Below are positions 46,690-59,090 of a stretch of DNA of 64,000 nt, piece by piece. The stretch spans positions 310,001 through 374,000 of the forward strand of contig JBLDXI010000054.1 in NCBI GenBank assembly GCA_047495785.1, in the 5' to 3' direction. The translations under genes and the position numbers were made by a program. The notes under the pieces are model-generated. The model did not search any database and was not told the origin of the DNA. It saw only the letters and a program-made list of their open reading frames with translations. Position 1 is the first letter of the stretch; each line of letters starts with the position of its first letter. Origin of the DNA: Lepidodermella squamata (lineage: Eukaryota; Animalia; Gastrotricha).

Positions 46690-48269
46690 TGCACAAGATT
46701 AAAAAATCGAGCAATAAAAGATTTAAAACGACTAGAAAATGGCAGAGAAATTCTGGCTAGCTGAAATTTTAGCAACACGGTGGCGCCTATATAGCCACCA
46801 AGTCGCGTGACTTGAATGAACGCCAATTGTTGCACCATTATTTGGAAAACGCCGCTCGTGCCTTTCCATCAATCGAGTGAATTTCAAACAATAATAAAAA
46901 CCTGGATTGAACAGGAAAAAAACTAGCTTTTTCAGCTTTTTATCTCGTGGCGAAGAACACTGGCTTAAAGCTGAGGCGTTTCATTTTTCATGGATTTTTA
47001 TTTGAAATAATATAAAAATAGAACATGCAGTCTAATATCGAGCCGATGTGCTTTCTCTCTCTCTCTCGGTGCGACATTTTGTTTACTAGAATAAGCTATG
47101 AATAGTTTCTGTACTGTGCATCGGCGGTGCGGGAAATTTATACAAACAATCAATATTTATCGATTTATACGCCGTGCCTTGATGCCAATTGAATGAGCGC
47201 AATATAATGCTATAGCCTTCATAACGGTGCCGCGCTGCAAGCGACGTAAACCCTGTCGGAAATCTATACGCCAACTAAGGCTAAAATTAGGGTTCAAAAA
47301 TCGACTTAAAACTCTTCGCAACTGCTCTTCGCAACTATTTCTTAGTCCCGAAATAAGACATTAAATCCACATTAATACTTTTTATTTCATAAATTGAACG
47401 ATTTCAAATTGTTTTCACAAGTTTTTATATAAAAAGGTGAATAAAAACAACAATCAATAGTTGGGCATCAAAGCCTGTTGCATAATGTTCTTGCTCCGAT
47501 TAGCCGCTCGTTGCCATCGCTGTTGAAGAACAGAAGCCTTGAGATGCTTGGTAACCATATCCGTATCGCTCCATTGCTAGATGCCAATCGAGCCATTCTG
47601 AGCCAATCTGAAATAAACCGGAATTATTTCGAGTGAATTGTCAAACAATGAGAAAATAACTTCCTGCAAAAAGTGTTCGAAAAATTTCTTTCTTAATTTA
47701 ATTGAAATTTAAAAGAAGAAAAATTGACAAAAATTGACAAACCGAAAAAATATTCGAACTCAGAATTTTTAAAATATTCTCGTCAAAATCGCAAAATTTT
47801 GAGTTTGATAATTTCCTGAAATTTCTAAGCATCGCCTTACTTCAATTAGAAGATCGCCATGGCTTGATAGCTCGGATAAACATAAAAACATAAAAATCTT
47901 TATTGTTGTCCTCTTTCCAAATAACAAAACACACAAAATAACTCTCTAATAATACTATGGAACAAGAGGCGCGTGCTAGTAAGATGTATCCATGCTCATC
48001 ATATTGATGGGGCACGTAAGAGACGGAGAGGGAGATGGCGAGGGTTTTATCAGTTGCAGGGTAGTTATCGACAGCAGAGAGACACACATTACAGAGAATT
48101 GCGGTAAGAGTAAAAAGGAGAAAATATGGCGGAGACAACGGTAGCTAACGGAGGAATTTTATAAAAAAGCAAGGCAGCCTGTAGAGGAAAGAAAAACAAC
48201 ATGAAAGAAGAGGTGAAGAAAAAAGAGGGAAGATATAGGAGAGAAGATGGGAGAAAAGAGAATAACAGC

Positions 48270-51143
48270 CTAGCCTATGAAGTCGGGCAGAGGACCACGA
48301 GGAAGTCTGTTGCTCAACAGCACGAAGGGCGAGCGCGGAGGGGGGCGGGCCATCAGGCGGACGCTCTCGAGGTCCTCGCGCAGCGGCAGGACAAACTGAG
48401 CGGCTTTGGCGACATAACGGCGCTGGCACTGTTCCAGAAACCGAGGGACACTCGGGATGCGGCAACGAGATTCCAACTCCGACACGCGGACCCTGTCGTC
48501 CCGACGAATGTGGAGCATTGCACGCAGGCTATCATTTTGGATGACTGCGAGACGAGTAAGCTGTTGCTTCGAGGCGGTAGCCAGACAAATGGTTCCATAA
48601 GACCAGCACGAACGGACCAGAGTCAAGTAAAGGGTGCGGCGCCAGCGGCGCGACAGCCCAGGGGTGAACATGAGATGTTTGAAAAAACCCAGATTTCTGC
48701 GGCAACGGTCAGAGACCTTGTCCACATGAACTTTCCACGTCAGTTTAGGGTCCAAGTGAACACCAAGAACTCGTAACGACTCGACTTGCGGAATTACGGC
48801 GCCGTTGAGCCTAACATCAACGGACGCGTTACCAAAGGGCATAACTTCGCTCTTCGCGGGATTAAACTTCTGTCGCCACTTCTTGGCCCATCCGGAAATA
48901 CGGGTGAGCTCCAATTGGAGGCGGCGCTGAGCAGCAGGGAACGTGCCACCCTCACCGACCACAGTTAGATCGTCCGCGTAGGCCTGCAGCAACGTGCCAT
49001 CCGCGCTTGGGGCGGACAGCAAATCGGCGGTGTACAGAATGTAGAGAAGCGGCGACAACGGGGAACCCTGCGGCACCCCGCAATGGACGACGACTTGACG
49101 ACTCAGCGAGCCCGCCACGCGAGCTTGCAGACGACGGTCGCGAAGATAGTCGGCCAGCCAGCCGACCAAATTTCGCGGGAGAGGCAGCTGGGCCAGCTTA
49201 TGGACCAGCCCGGCGTGCCACACGGAATCGTAGGCCGCCTGAACATCCAAGCCGGCCACGACAGTCTTCTTGCGCAGGGAGCGGTTGACGTGGACGCGAT
49301 GAACGATGCGAAGTGGGACATCTGGCGCGGAATGGTGCGGACGGAATGCAAACTGATTCTCAGGGAGAAGGTGTTGACTTTCGAGAAACTGGGTCATCCA
49401 CCGAGCCACGATCGACTCCAGGAGCTTGGCGTCAGTCGGCAGCAAGGAGATGGGACGCTGTGACGAGACATGGTTCTGCGGCTTGCCGGCCTTTGGGATA
49501 GGCACAACAACCGCTTCTTTCCACGCTTGAGGCACGTAGCGACTGCCAAGAGACATGTTGAACAGCCGACGAAGGTGGGTTTGCAGGACAGGGCCACCCC
49601 ACTTCAGGTAGATGTTTTGAATACCATCCAAGCCAGGGGCCTTGAAGGACTTTAAACGGCTAACAGCATCAGCGAGCATCCGTTGACTGACAGAAAACTC
49701 GCCGAGAGCAGGCAAGCGGATCACATCGGAAGCACGAAGGGCAGGATCTGCAACGACATCGTCCTCGACTTGTTGCCACCACTGGCGAGTGGCAGCGTCC
49801 GCATCGGGGTCGACGTAGGGCGACATCGGTTTGACGAAATGATCAAGCAGTGTATCAGCAAGGGCAGTAGAAGGCGGCAGGACACTGCCATCATCGAGCT
49901 TCATGTAGGTCAGGCGATCAACAGGGGTAGGGCGAAACTTATCGAGACGACGGAGGCGGGCATAAGCCTCTCGGTAGCGGTGCTGGAACGACAGAGCTTC
50001 AACATATCGCAGGTTGGAGATATCCCGCCGCAATTGCTGAGCCGCTTTCGCAGCGCGGAACTGGGCGTCCAAGGCGTTGATCCTATCGACAAGCCCGGCA
50101 TCAACTCGATTGCCGAGCCCACGTTCAAGAATCCTCTTTCTTTCGAGCAGGCTACGCATGTCGCGGGTCATTGAAACTTTCCTCAGCTGAGTGCGGTCGA
50201 GCAGAGGGACGTGAACACGGCGAGATTCGGCGATTGCCGCACCAACCTGGCGCCGATACGAGTCGATCCGAATCACTGGGTCGCCGACATTAGGCAGCGG
50301 GATTTCGGACAGCAGCCGGATCAGGGTACGAGAGAATCCAAAACGATCGGCTCTGGAGATGTCGTAGCGAGGAGCAGGGTCCACGAGTTCGTAGACGTGA
50401 GCAGGGCCAGAGCCGGACGGAAGACGAACCCTGACAGACGTGCAGAAGTGATCGCTGCTAAGTCGGTCGCCAACAGACACGCCACCATCGAGAAGGCGAA
50501 GCGCCGCGTCGTTGACAATCCAGATATCGAGCGTAGACAGGGTCTTGTGAGCTTTCGACAGGTGCGTGGGAGGCGAGGAGAGAACAGTCAGACCGAGACG
50601 GGTGACGAAATGATGGACGGAATAGCCGTGAGGGTTCCATAAATCGTGGGACTGTGAACCCCACAGTGGAGACTTGCCATTGAGATCCCCGCTAAAGATA
50701 CAGGGGAGGCCGGAGGCGGAGGCCCCAGCGAACTCGGTTTCCAAGAAGCTGAGATCCAAGGACGACGTCGGCGGACAGTAGCCGGTAAGAAGACGAACAA
50801 CAGACGAGCCAGCGAAAGGGACAGCATCCAAAGCGAGCCACTCACTAAGCTTGCGACCAGTCAGAGCCAGCCGCCGCTCGGCGACCACGAGAGCGCCCTC
50901 CCGAACAAACAGAGCAGCGCCGCCACGAGCGCCGTTGAGCAACAGATCCTCGGAGTCCTGTACCCGATCACAACGAAAAATTGCATAATCCCTAGAGGTT
51001 ACACGCAAAAGAGAGAAAAGAAAGGATTCACTTATGAAAAGAGCAAAGGGTTTATAAGTCTCTAGCTGTTGACAAGTTTCAGCTTCCTTGCCGGGGAGGC
51101 CGCACGGATTCCATTGTAGTAGCGTACGCAGCGTATTAGCCAT
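48270..51143 (-). CDS. LINE ORF2 (APE endonuclease + reverse transcriptase), ~957 aa
   Basis: QWNPCGL, ISESF, GDLNGKSPLWGS, SSDHF; KAPGLDGI, RPISLL, AAYDSVWH, GVPQGSPLSPLLY, YADD, LGVHLD; ATG overlaps the ORF1 stop (ATGGCTAA). No RNase H recognised. Confidence 0.93.
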   Translation of the reverse strand: MANTLRTLLQWNPCGLPGKEAETCQQLETYKPFALFISESFLFSLLRVTSRDYAIFRCDRVQDSEDLLLNGARGGAALFVREGALVVAERRLALTGRKLSEWLALDAVPFAGSSVVRLLTGYCPPTSSLDLSFLETEFAGASASGLPCIFSGDLNGKSPLWGSQSHDLWNPHGYSVHHFVTRLGLTVLSSPPTHLSKAHKTLSTLDIWIVNDAALRLLDGGVSVGDRLSSDHFCTSVRVRLPSGSGPAHVYELVDPAPRYDISRADRFGFSRTLIRLLSEIPLPNVGDPVIRIDSYRRQVGAAIAESRRVHVPLLDRTQLRKVSMTRDMRSLLERKRILERGLGNRVDAGLVDRINALDAQFRAAKAAQQLRRDISNLRYVEALSFQHRYREAYARLRRLDKFRPTPVDRLTYMKLDDGSVLPPSTALADTLLDHFVKPMSPYVDPDADAATRQWWQQVEDDVVADPALRASDVIRLPALGEFSVSQRMLADAVSRLKSFKAPGLDGIQNIYLKWGGPVLQTHLRRLFNMSLGSRYVPQAWKEAVVVPIPKAGKPQNHVSSQRPISLLPTDAKLLESIVARWMTQFLESQHLLPENQFAFRPHHSAPDVPLRIVHRVHVNRSLRKKTVVAGLDVQAAYDSVWHAGLVHKLAQLPLPRNLVGWLADYLRDRRLQARVAGSLSRQVVVHCGVPQGSPLSPLLYILYTADLLSAPSADGTLLQAYADDLTVVGEGGTFPAAQRRLQLELTRISGWAKKWRQKFNPAKSEVMPFGNASVDVRLNGAVIPQVESLRVLGVHLDPKLTWKVHVDKVSDRCRRNLGFFKHLMFTPGLSRRWRRTLYLTLVRSCWSYGTICLATASKQQLTRLAVIQNDSLRAMLHIRRDDRVRVSELESRCRIPSVPRFLEQCQRRYVAKAAQFVLPLREDLESVRLMARPPPRSPFVLLSNRLPRGPLPDFIG

Positions 51144-52647
51144 TACGGGTCGAGCTGGTTTGTGGCGGCAGCGGGGAGGCGAAGAGCCGGTCGAATAAGC
51201 GTCCGACAGTGTCGAGTCGGCGCTCGAAAGCGGCTTCCATACGCTGGAACCGCTCTTCCATAAGACTAAAGAGCCGGGCGCCATCGGGCGACAGAAAGTG
51301 ACCGCGGAGTGCAGGATTAACAGGCGGAGTAGCAGGAGGCACCCACGACGGAGAAGTGGATGACCACGGAGCAGGCGTTGGTCCGCCGACAAAGTCACGG
51401 GTGGAGAGAAAGTGCGTGGGGCCACCCCGTAGGTGCTCGGGGACCTTCGCTTGTTGACGACGCTTTTCACGTTCGGCGGCTTTCGCTTCACGGGCGACGG
51501 CGATGGCACGGCGACGGGCCACCTCGTCAGCCTGGGCGGTCTTGAACGCAGGGCAGCCCCGCCACGAACCAGAATGATGAGGCTCACCGCCGCCACTGCA
51601 GTGGGGGCAACGACGATCTTCAGGCTCAGCGAGACAGGTGGAAATCGTGTGATCAGTCGCAGCACAGCGGCTGCATCGTTGCGTGGTGTCCGGAGAACAA
51701 TCGACAGCGACATGGCCGTAAGCGGCGCACTTCAGACAGGTAGGCGGGAGAGCCGTGCTTTTCAACTTGTGGACTTTAATGCGACGATTCAGAAACTTGA
51801 CACCGTTAGCCATGGCATCCTCGTAATGCTCAGCCGATCGAAAGACGAGCACCATCGGCGACGTCTGCTTACCAGGGAGCGGGGGAATCTCGCGGATTTC
51901 CTCGATATACTCGGGCCGGAAAAGGGGGCGCAGAGTATCGCCAGTGTAACAGGAGGGCAGGCGGTAGCATATGGCCGAGCGTTTGTCTTTCAAAATGCGA
52001 TCTGATTCGGTCACAGTCGGGTCAGGCCGGCCCGGATAGTGAATGCGGAAGTCTGAGTCGCGAAACGCACCCTTAGGGAAGCCGGTACGCTTGAGTAGCT
52101 TGTCAGCGTCCGTCGCAGTGGCGCACTTCACGCGGAGGCCGCCGCTGCTCATGACATCGACCGCGACGGGCGCCAGCCATGGCGCAACGCGGACCAACTC
52201 TGGCTCGAGCTCTCCACGAGTCATGCCAGTGACGCGGTCGATTATCACGACCTTGTAGTTGACAGGCGCCTCTTGAGGTCCAATAGACGGGTGGGGAGCA
52301 GATGTACGAGTCGGGGGCGGAGGCGGCGGGTCTTCCTTGCGCGCCACTTTACGCTTGGGCGACGCTTGCTGCCAGGGCTGGTTCGACGCCCCGCTTGACG
52401 ACGGGGGTGGGGAGGAAGGTGGACTGTCAACAGACATCTGAAGGTCACCGAACGAAGACAGGTGAGGAGGGGACTGCCCAGTCGGCGGGCAGGGAGACGA
52501 CGGAACGGTGTCAGCATTCTCCGAGCGTAACTGCTGGATTAGCTGCATGACGAGAGCAACTTGATCGACCGTAAGATCGTCGACCCGCAGCTTCTTCGCT
52601 CGCTCTTCGACAGTCATTCCAAATGGCTTCTTCGCTGGTGTAGCCAT
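51136..52647 (-). CDS. LINE ORF1 (gag-like, three CCHC-type knuckles)
   Basis: First ATG at 52647 (MATPAKK); CLKCAAYGHVAVDC, CSRCAATDHTISTC, CPHC..H..C. Confidence 0.9.
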   Translation of the reverse strand: MATPAKKPFGMTVEERAKKLRVDDLTVDQVALVMQLIQQLRSENADTVPSSPCPPTGQSPPHLSSFGDLQMSVDSPPSSPPPSSSGASNQPWQQASPKRKVARKEDPPPPPPTRTSAPHPSIGPQEAPVNYKVVIIDRVTGMTRGELEPELVRVAPWLAPVAVDVMSSGGLRVKCATATDADKLLKRTGFPKGAFRDSDFRIHYPGRPDPTVTESDRILKDKRSAICYRLPSCYTGDTLRPLFRPEYIEEIREIPPLPGKQTSPMVLVFRSAEHYEDAMANGVKFLNRRIKVHKLKSTALPPTCLKCAAYGHVAVDCSPDTTQRCSRCAATDHTISTCLAEPEDRRCPHCSGGGEPHHSGSWRGCPAFKTAQADEVARRRAIAVAREAKAAEREKRRQQAKVPEHLRGGPTHFLSTRDFVGGPTPAPWSSTSPSWVPPATPPVNPALRGHFLSPDGARLFSLMEERFQRMEAAFERRLDTVGRLFDRLFASPLPPQTSSTRNG

Positions 52648-53775
52648 ACTCCAGTAAACTTCCTCAAAGCTGTGGCGCGATGGGAAGCGTCGAGTAAATA
52701 TTATCAATTAAAAAACCTCAGAAAATTTAATATTCAATCGCTCGGAAAAACACGAGATTGGTTCGCAATCTTCGCTAACGCCACTCGTCACTGAATGGCA
52801 GCACCATTCTAAAATAAAAATATAAAACTCATGCCAATTTAATAACTGCAACGAAGTCTCACCTGATTTTCAATCGATTTCGGACGAATTTGATCGATTC
52901 GGTAAAAACTGATAAATTAAAAATGATTTTTTTGTAAGCAGAAGTTTTAATTGAGCAAATTCTCACCTTAAAATTCAAACAATAAGAAATGAACTTCGAG
53001 TAAAAATGAGAAATAATTTGACTTTTATTTTAAAAAGCTAAATTTGAATGAGAAAAAATTGAAAAATATTGAAAAATTGAAACCGAAAAATATTTGACAT
53101 GATTTCGTTTAAATTTCGTAAATTTTTAATTATTTTTCTAAAATTCCAAAAATATTTTGAAGCCCCTCTAAAATTTCCCCTAAATTTTAAATATTTTTAA
53201 AATATTTTAGAATAGCATTTTCAACCATGTTTGACACGTTCTGCTAACTTATTTACTAGAGCGATCTGCTGGGGGAACTCAAACCCCCCGAGCATTTTTT
53301 AGAGCATAATAAGCGGCTGAAAAATTTATTTTTCTAGAAAATTAGCCTAAATCTTTGCTGTTGATGTCTCAGTTTAGTTGTTAATTTAATAATTCCTATA
53401 GAAGACGACCGCTAAATTATTCATTCGTAATTTCGTAATTTCGAGCCAGAAACTTTTGCTCAAGGCCTGCGGTTTGACAATATTTATTACCTACATCGGG
53501 TCCCAGACAGTGTTCCGATTTTCGCCCACTGGACCACGCTCAGTGGCAGACACAAAAAAATATTCCTTATTAAAACCGTTGAGAAAAGGGGTAGGGGTAT
53601 ATTTAATCGGCGTACACTTTCAGACCTTGGAAGCCAGCCAGTTTTAGGGATATCTTAAGTTAAAAATTCGCAATTTTCGTGCTTTTATATCAAAATTTTG
53701 CTCGCTTCGCTCGCTAATATCCATTTTCTAATCTCTTAAGCCAACAGTTTCCATTGTCATTAGACCCAATTTTCA

Positions 53776-54227
53776 GGGACTACTCCAAAACAGCCAAACA
53801 AAAACGAAAGAGACCAAAACAGCCAAAAAAATCCGATAGTTCTCGTTGCGCAACAATCGAAAAGTTTGGCTTTTTTTTTTTATTTACTAAGAATGTTCGG
53901 CCACATCACAATTTTTAATATTTAAAGACTTAGGCCTAGAGCGTTCATCTTCTGTTTGAAGAAGGGAATGTCGAATTTCGGAGGGAAGCAGTTAATTTGT
54001 AAGTTGTTCCAGGTTGTAACAATATTTTGTAATCTTGAGAATATTTCGGTGTCGCGGCCAGTTGCTCTAGGATGATGCGCGTTGACAGGCGAGCGAAGTT
54101 TGACTTGAAAACGATGTTGTTTCGCCGATTCTCGAGATTTTGTGCGTCGCTTGGGTGTGAGCTGGAAGCGGTCGCGGATTTGTTATGGTATCATTTATTT
54201 TAGTGTCATTTGTTTTGGAGTAGTCCC
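53776..54227. mobile_element. Non-autonomous TIR element (probable internally deleted MULE), 452 bp
   Basis: 17-bp perfect TIR GGGACTACTCCAAAACA; TSD AATTTTCA (53768-53775, 54228-54235; 8 or 9 bp); subterminal CCAAAACA repeats. Confidence 0.8.
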
Positions 54228-56859
54228 AATTTTCAATGATCTGCAATCTAGAAACTACCTGGAGTTAAGTTTGAAGGAGATTCCTTCCTATTTCGAGAAA
54301 TACCAGCTTCGAGATGCTCATTTTTCGCATTTTCAGAGGCGAATCACCGAAAAATCGCTTCGCTCGCATTATCATCCTATGGACTATTTTTGTTTCCCTG
54401 ATATTAAACAGCTATAGCAATATAAAAAAGATCATACTCCCCTAGAACAGCATCGAAGACTCAGGCTTCAGGAAATAACGTCTCTGATTTTTAATCGCGT
54501 ATTAACTAGTTTTTGCGAACTTCGAACGAATTGACAGCAGCTAAGAAAAAAATCGAAAAAATTGAAAAAAATCAAAATTGGCGTACACTTTTCTGCAACC
54601 TCTTTCCAGTGGCAGACACTTTCGAGTTACGAAAAAAAATCGGAGGACTGGTCCCAGATGTGGAGCAACTATTTTTGAATTTCTGTATAGGAATTTTACC
54701 TATTTTTTCATTTAAATGAAACCATTTGCGAACAAGTTTCGATTGCAAAAGTATATGTAGTAAAAACATTTCTGGCGATTTTTTAAAAATTATTCTGATT
54801 ATTCTGAAGTCTGTTAATATCGATAGGCTCCACAGCTTCTCTACTACCAACTACCGCCTCATCTTATCCTCATTATTTGAACGATTTTAGAGTTTTTCAA
54901 AATCACGCTTTTGTATGAATTTGACATTAGGCTAGTAGAGAAATTCGCCGCAGTTCGTTGATTTTTTTCAATTTTTCAATATTTTTACTCAGACACTGTT
55001 TTTTCGCATTGACAATTGCCTGGTGGCAAATCCAATCTTATTTCATCCGACAAACGAAAATTTTACTTAAATCATTCGACATGAAAATATCGATTTTCTC
55101 AATTTTCCTAAGCTTGATTTTTCGCTAGGGTCATACCCCTTTCATGCACCATACTTTGGCCATTGAACCGGCAGAATTTTATGTTGAAAGATTTATATCT
55201 GAGCAGTCATTCAATTTTTTACTGTAATTTTTTGAAACTATGAAAAAGCAGGTCGGCAGGTTTTAGGCACATTTTTTGTTGTCGGATGTAATGAGACATT
55301 TGTCGGATGAAAAACGTTTTCCCCATCTAATCTTGAGCTGTGTTTTTTACCAAACGTGTCTCGTTGAATGAGGATGCCGAATGATGCCAGAAAAGAAATT
55401 TCATGATAATTTTATATGATGGCTGAGACCATTTTCTATCGCGGCTGAGGATTATTTTTACTTCCGCATTTGTCGTCGTTTTTATTCCAATATTGTTTCC
55501 ATATTTCACTTGGAATCGCGCGAGGTTAGCAATTTTTCTCGATGCATATTTTCCGAAATTTTATCAAAAATTAACGAATTATTGTTCGCATCGCGAAATC
55601 GAAAAAGCGTATTCAAGTATTCAAATATTCAATGAATAAATTGGAACAGTAATATTTTGATTTATTCGATAAACTTCTGAAATTCCATGCACGGTTTCAA
55701 ACTGGAAATATTTCCGATATTTCACGTGACACAGAAGAAGAAAATATTTATACCTGCCGCATAGAAAGCCGCAGATTTGCTGGAGAAAATCTATAAAAAT
55801 CGAAAAATGCAGTTTCAAATAAAAAAGAAAAATCACAAGTCGTGAAAAACCATGAAAAACACGAGTCGGTGGCTATTTTAGGCCCCTCCAATGCCTAAGC
55901 CTATCTGAAGCCACCGTCGAATTTATCTGCAAAAGGCTGAATTCACAATATTTTTAGCAGGTTACTTGAGCAGTTTCGAGTCATTTTTATTTCATAAAGA
56001 TGTTATATGTGCGACGTTTCGGCCACAAAGTGGCCATCGTCAGGCAGTATCTTAGAATTCGAAAATCGATACGCAGATATTGCCCTACGATAATGCCCTA
56101 CGATTCGATCCCAACATCTATCGGTTCGGTATTCAGCAAGGCTGAATTCGTCTCAAATTTCTGAAAAAATGAGCAAAGCCTAAATAAGGCCAAATACGAG
56201 GTTGTGATTTTCTCTGTCATTTTCACCCGAATCTCAGAAAGCCTATCGAAGCCTAACTTGGAGGTTGCCCCGAGGCCAAGCAAAAAATGTCAACTTTGGA
56301 ATAGCCTATCTGAGGCCAAGTTGGCGTTGAAAAAGAGGGCTGAGGCTAAAAACCCCAACTGAGTCTACGATTTTCCGACAGGGAAATTACATTGCGAAAA
56401 TGGATCGCCCATCAGAGACATATGAGATATACTTATAACACATCAGTATGTAATATTCAATCAAACAATGAGTAAAATATGAATTAAAACAGGATTGAGA
56501 AACGGTATCTGTATATCCTGTATATCGCCTAGCGTGGCCGCAAAGAAAGTCCATAATGAAAATGAAAGTGGACACGCTGAATCGAATGGCTTTTTCAAAC
56601 TTTTCATAGCCATCATAGTTTCAAAGTTAAGATTTGCATCCACTCATTTAAGTGCGCAAGGAATCGGTCACTTAATTCAAGGGAGTAGATGGCTTAATGG
56701 TGCGAGAGGCTGGGTATGGAGCGTGAGAACAATGGTTCAACTCTCACAGCCTTCACAATTTTTTAGTTTTTTTTGGCTGAAATTATTTTACCTTGGATTT
56801 AAGCGTTTCCGAACAAAGGCGAACAAATTTGCATAAAAAACAGCCGAACAAGTCAGTTC

Positions 56860-57780
56860 GATTTCACCCCTTTGTTCGGCGTTGTTCTGCATTGCAAACG
56901 CCGGTCTGGAGTTCTCCGCCTTGGTTGCCGGTTGCCGATGCTGTGCCTCGCCTCCAGCCATTCAGGGCTTCTGGGTTGGATCATGTGGATATCTACTTCA
57001 AATGGTTTGGATGGCATCAATCCTATCTTCTACAAGTGGGGAGGGTCGGTGCTGCAACACTTGTTCAATCAAGGCTCGGATCGCGTTTGGTGCTGCCCAA
57101 TCGAAAGCTGGCCCGTCACAGCTGCCGATCCTGCTGCTGCTCGTCGACGGCAAGCTGTTGAAGACCACCGTGGCGCGAGTTTTTGAAGAGCCACAACGCG
57201 CTACCTGACAACCAATACGCATTCCGCGCTCCGCGCTCTCCACTCTGCACCTGATGTTCCTCTACGCGTCGCTCACACAGTTCACCTCGGCCGTTCTCGG
57301 AACCGCAAAGTGATGGTTTTTGGCCTGGTCGTCTGGGCGGCCTACGACTCGGTAGGGAGTGGGGGCATGGCGTTCAAGCCGGCTGAGCTGCCGCTACCTC
57401 ACAACCTTGTTGGGTGGCTCACGGACTTCTTGCGGGATGACAACCTACAAGCGCGAATTGCGGGCTTCCTTAGCAGGCAGATCTGCTGACAGCGCGAATG
57501 TCCCGAGATGCCTATGCTGATGACCTGAACGTTGTTGGTGAGGGTGATTTTCCCGAAGCTGAGCGTGCGCTAATCAAATTGAGATCGCGCGGAATCGAAC
57601 GTGGGCCCTCGTGATTGGCGACAACAGCCTCAAAGAGTGAGGCGAAGCCGTTTGCGAGGCACAGCTACACCCCCAGACTCACTCTCGATGGCTCGGCCGT
57701 CAAGAAAGTACCCGTCATTCTCATTCTTAGTGTCCACCTCGATGCTAAGCTTACCTGTCGTTACTGTCGCCCACCGCGAC
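56860..57780 (+). mobile_element. Degraded LINE RT fragment related to the LINE at 47878-52794
   Basis: Remnants DAVPRLQPFRASGLD, GLDGINPIFYKWGG, LPLPHNLVGWLTDFLRD, AYADDLNVVGEG, collinear with ORF2 but frameshifted. Confidence 0.8.
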
Positions 57781-59090
57781 TGTCGTTCGAGTACTTACTT
57801 CTAGTTCAAGCCATCGGTTCAATCAATAAACGTGAGATGCATGTTGCGCTAAGGGGACCTTCAACAAAATGGAACTACCTTCTCACTTCCTAAAAGGCGC
57901 CCATCAGAGAGCGAAGTAGGACAGCATAACTGGTTAGGATAAGGAAAATCGACATAGGGTCACCCCCTGGTCTTTGACTGAGTTCACCTTGCGGACTGAT
58001 CGAACTGGTACGGATGATCCCTACCATCCTAAGCGGTACTTCGCTCTTTGGTGCCCAACTTCAAAGCGAAAATAAACTTCCTAGAGTCGAACGATCCTTG
58101 TGAATTATTGCCGAGAATATATATTTCGCAAATTAAAAACAGTTTTTCCCTTTACTCGATGTTCTATTCAAAAGTGATCCAGACCTTAGATTACGATAAT
58201 AATACTGTACTATCGGCCTGAGAAAAAAACTAATGCGGCCGGCAAGGTGGGCTCTCAATAAGCTCTCAATAGAAGGGCGTACATTTTTCTCCAACACTAT
58301 CCCGGGTGCTTGAATATATAAAGTAATTTTAGCTTTGGCGGTCTTAGCTTTCAAATCTCTTTTATTGTACAGCATTTCACACTTGACGAAACTCTGCATT
58401 CAAGACTTAAACCACGTACATATCCACGAGTTTCAGTCATTCTTTCTGCTGTCATTATTCGACTGCTTTTCAACAACTCAGCCTTATTTGAGCAAGCCAG
58501 GTTGTGTTTTTTATCGATTCAAACAGATGACATATCCAAGTATTGAACCTATCTTTAATCAATATTACGTTTAAAACTACCTCAAGCGAGTAGAATTAGC
58601 TCATTTTTGCGAGTAGCAGAATGAGAATTGCGTCTATCGCTTTCAACTGGCCTGTAAATGAATGCTCGTTTCAAAAAACTTCAAAAAGTCTTTTAATGTG
58701 GCAAGGGATTTTGCACAATGCTTCTTCTTACACGCTGTAGCTTCAACCAAAATCATTGCTGCAATGATTTTTGCTACAATATCATCTTGGTGCCCTCGAC
58801 GCTACCCTGAACCCTGAACTGCATTATATTTCTTCCTTTTATCTAATCATGAAAACTCATGGCCAAGAACTCTTTATCTTCCGTAAAACTATTTCCCTTT
58901 ACCTCATTGAATGTGATTAAATACTGTTTGCTCGCCAGTTACGGTGCTACTTTTGCATCAGAATCCACGATGGTTCAGAAAAACGGGCTAACATGATCAT
59001 AGGTTCCATCGCACTGAGGAACAAACAAATTCCCTGATCCATCGCTTTCGAATCTCAAAGACATCTTTTTCACTCTCTTAGGTGATATTA

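Larger units (their letters stand above)
47878..52794 (-). mobile_element. Full-length non-LTR retrotransposon (APE-RT LINE, Jockey/I-group-like)
   Basis: 5' end at Inr-like TCAGT, ORF1 + ORF2 intact, pyrimidine-rich 3' UTR, AATAAA followed by a short (TTTTATGT)-type repeat tail; only a 2-bp AT shared at the junctions. Confidence 0.9.
47500..52807 (-). pseudogene. Putative small gene (~51 aa) interrupted by the LINE near codon 4-5
   Basis: Removing the LINE gives AG|A ATG GTG CTG CCA TCC GAG...ATT GAA|GTAAGG, spliced to exon 47607-47500: MVLPSELSSHGDLLIEIGSEWLDWHLAMERYGYGYQASQGFCSSTAMATSG*; candidate upstream 54-bp UTR intron 52862-52809. Confidence 0.4.

Noticed and set aside
51144-51713. 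190-codon N-terminal extension of the 1147-aa LINE ORF
   Set aside because: Alternate frame of GC-rich ORF1; the endonuclease begins right after ATG 51143, and no slippery site was recognised.
57896-58056. Imperfect inverted repeat (AGAGCGAAGTA ... TACTTCGCTCT)
   Set aside because: Short match and no clear TSD; insufficient to call a MITE.
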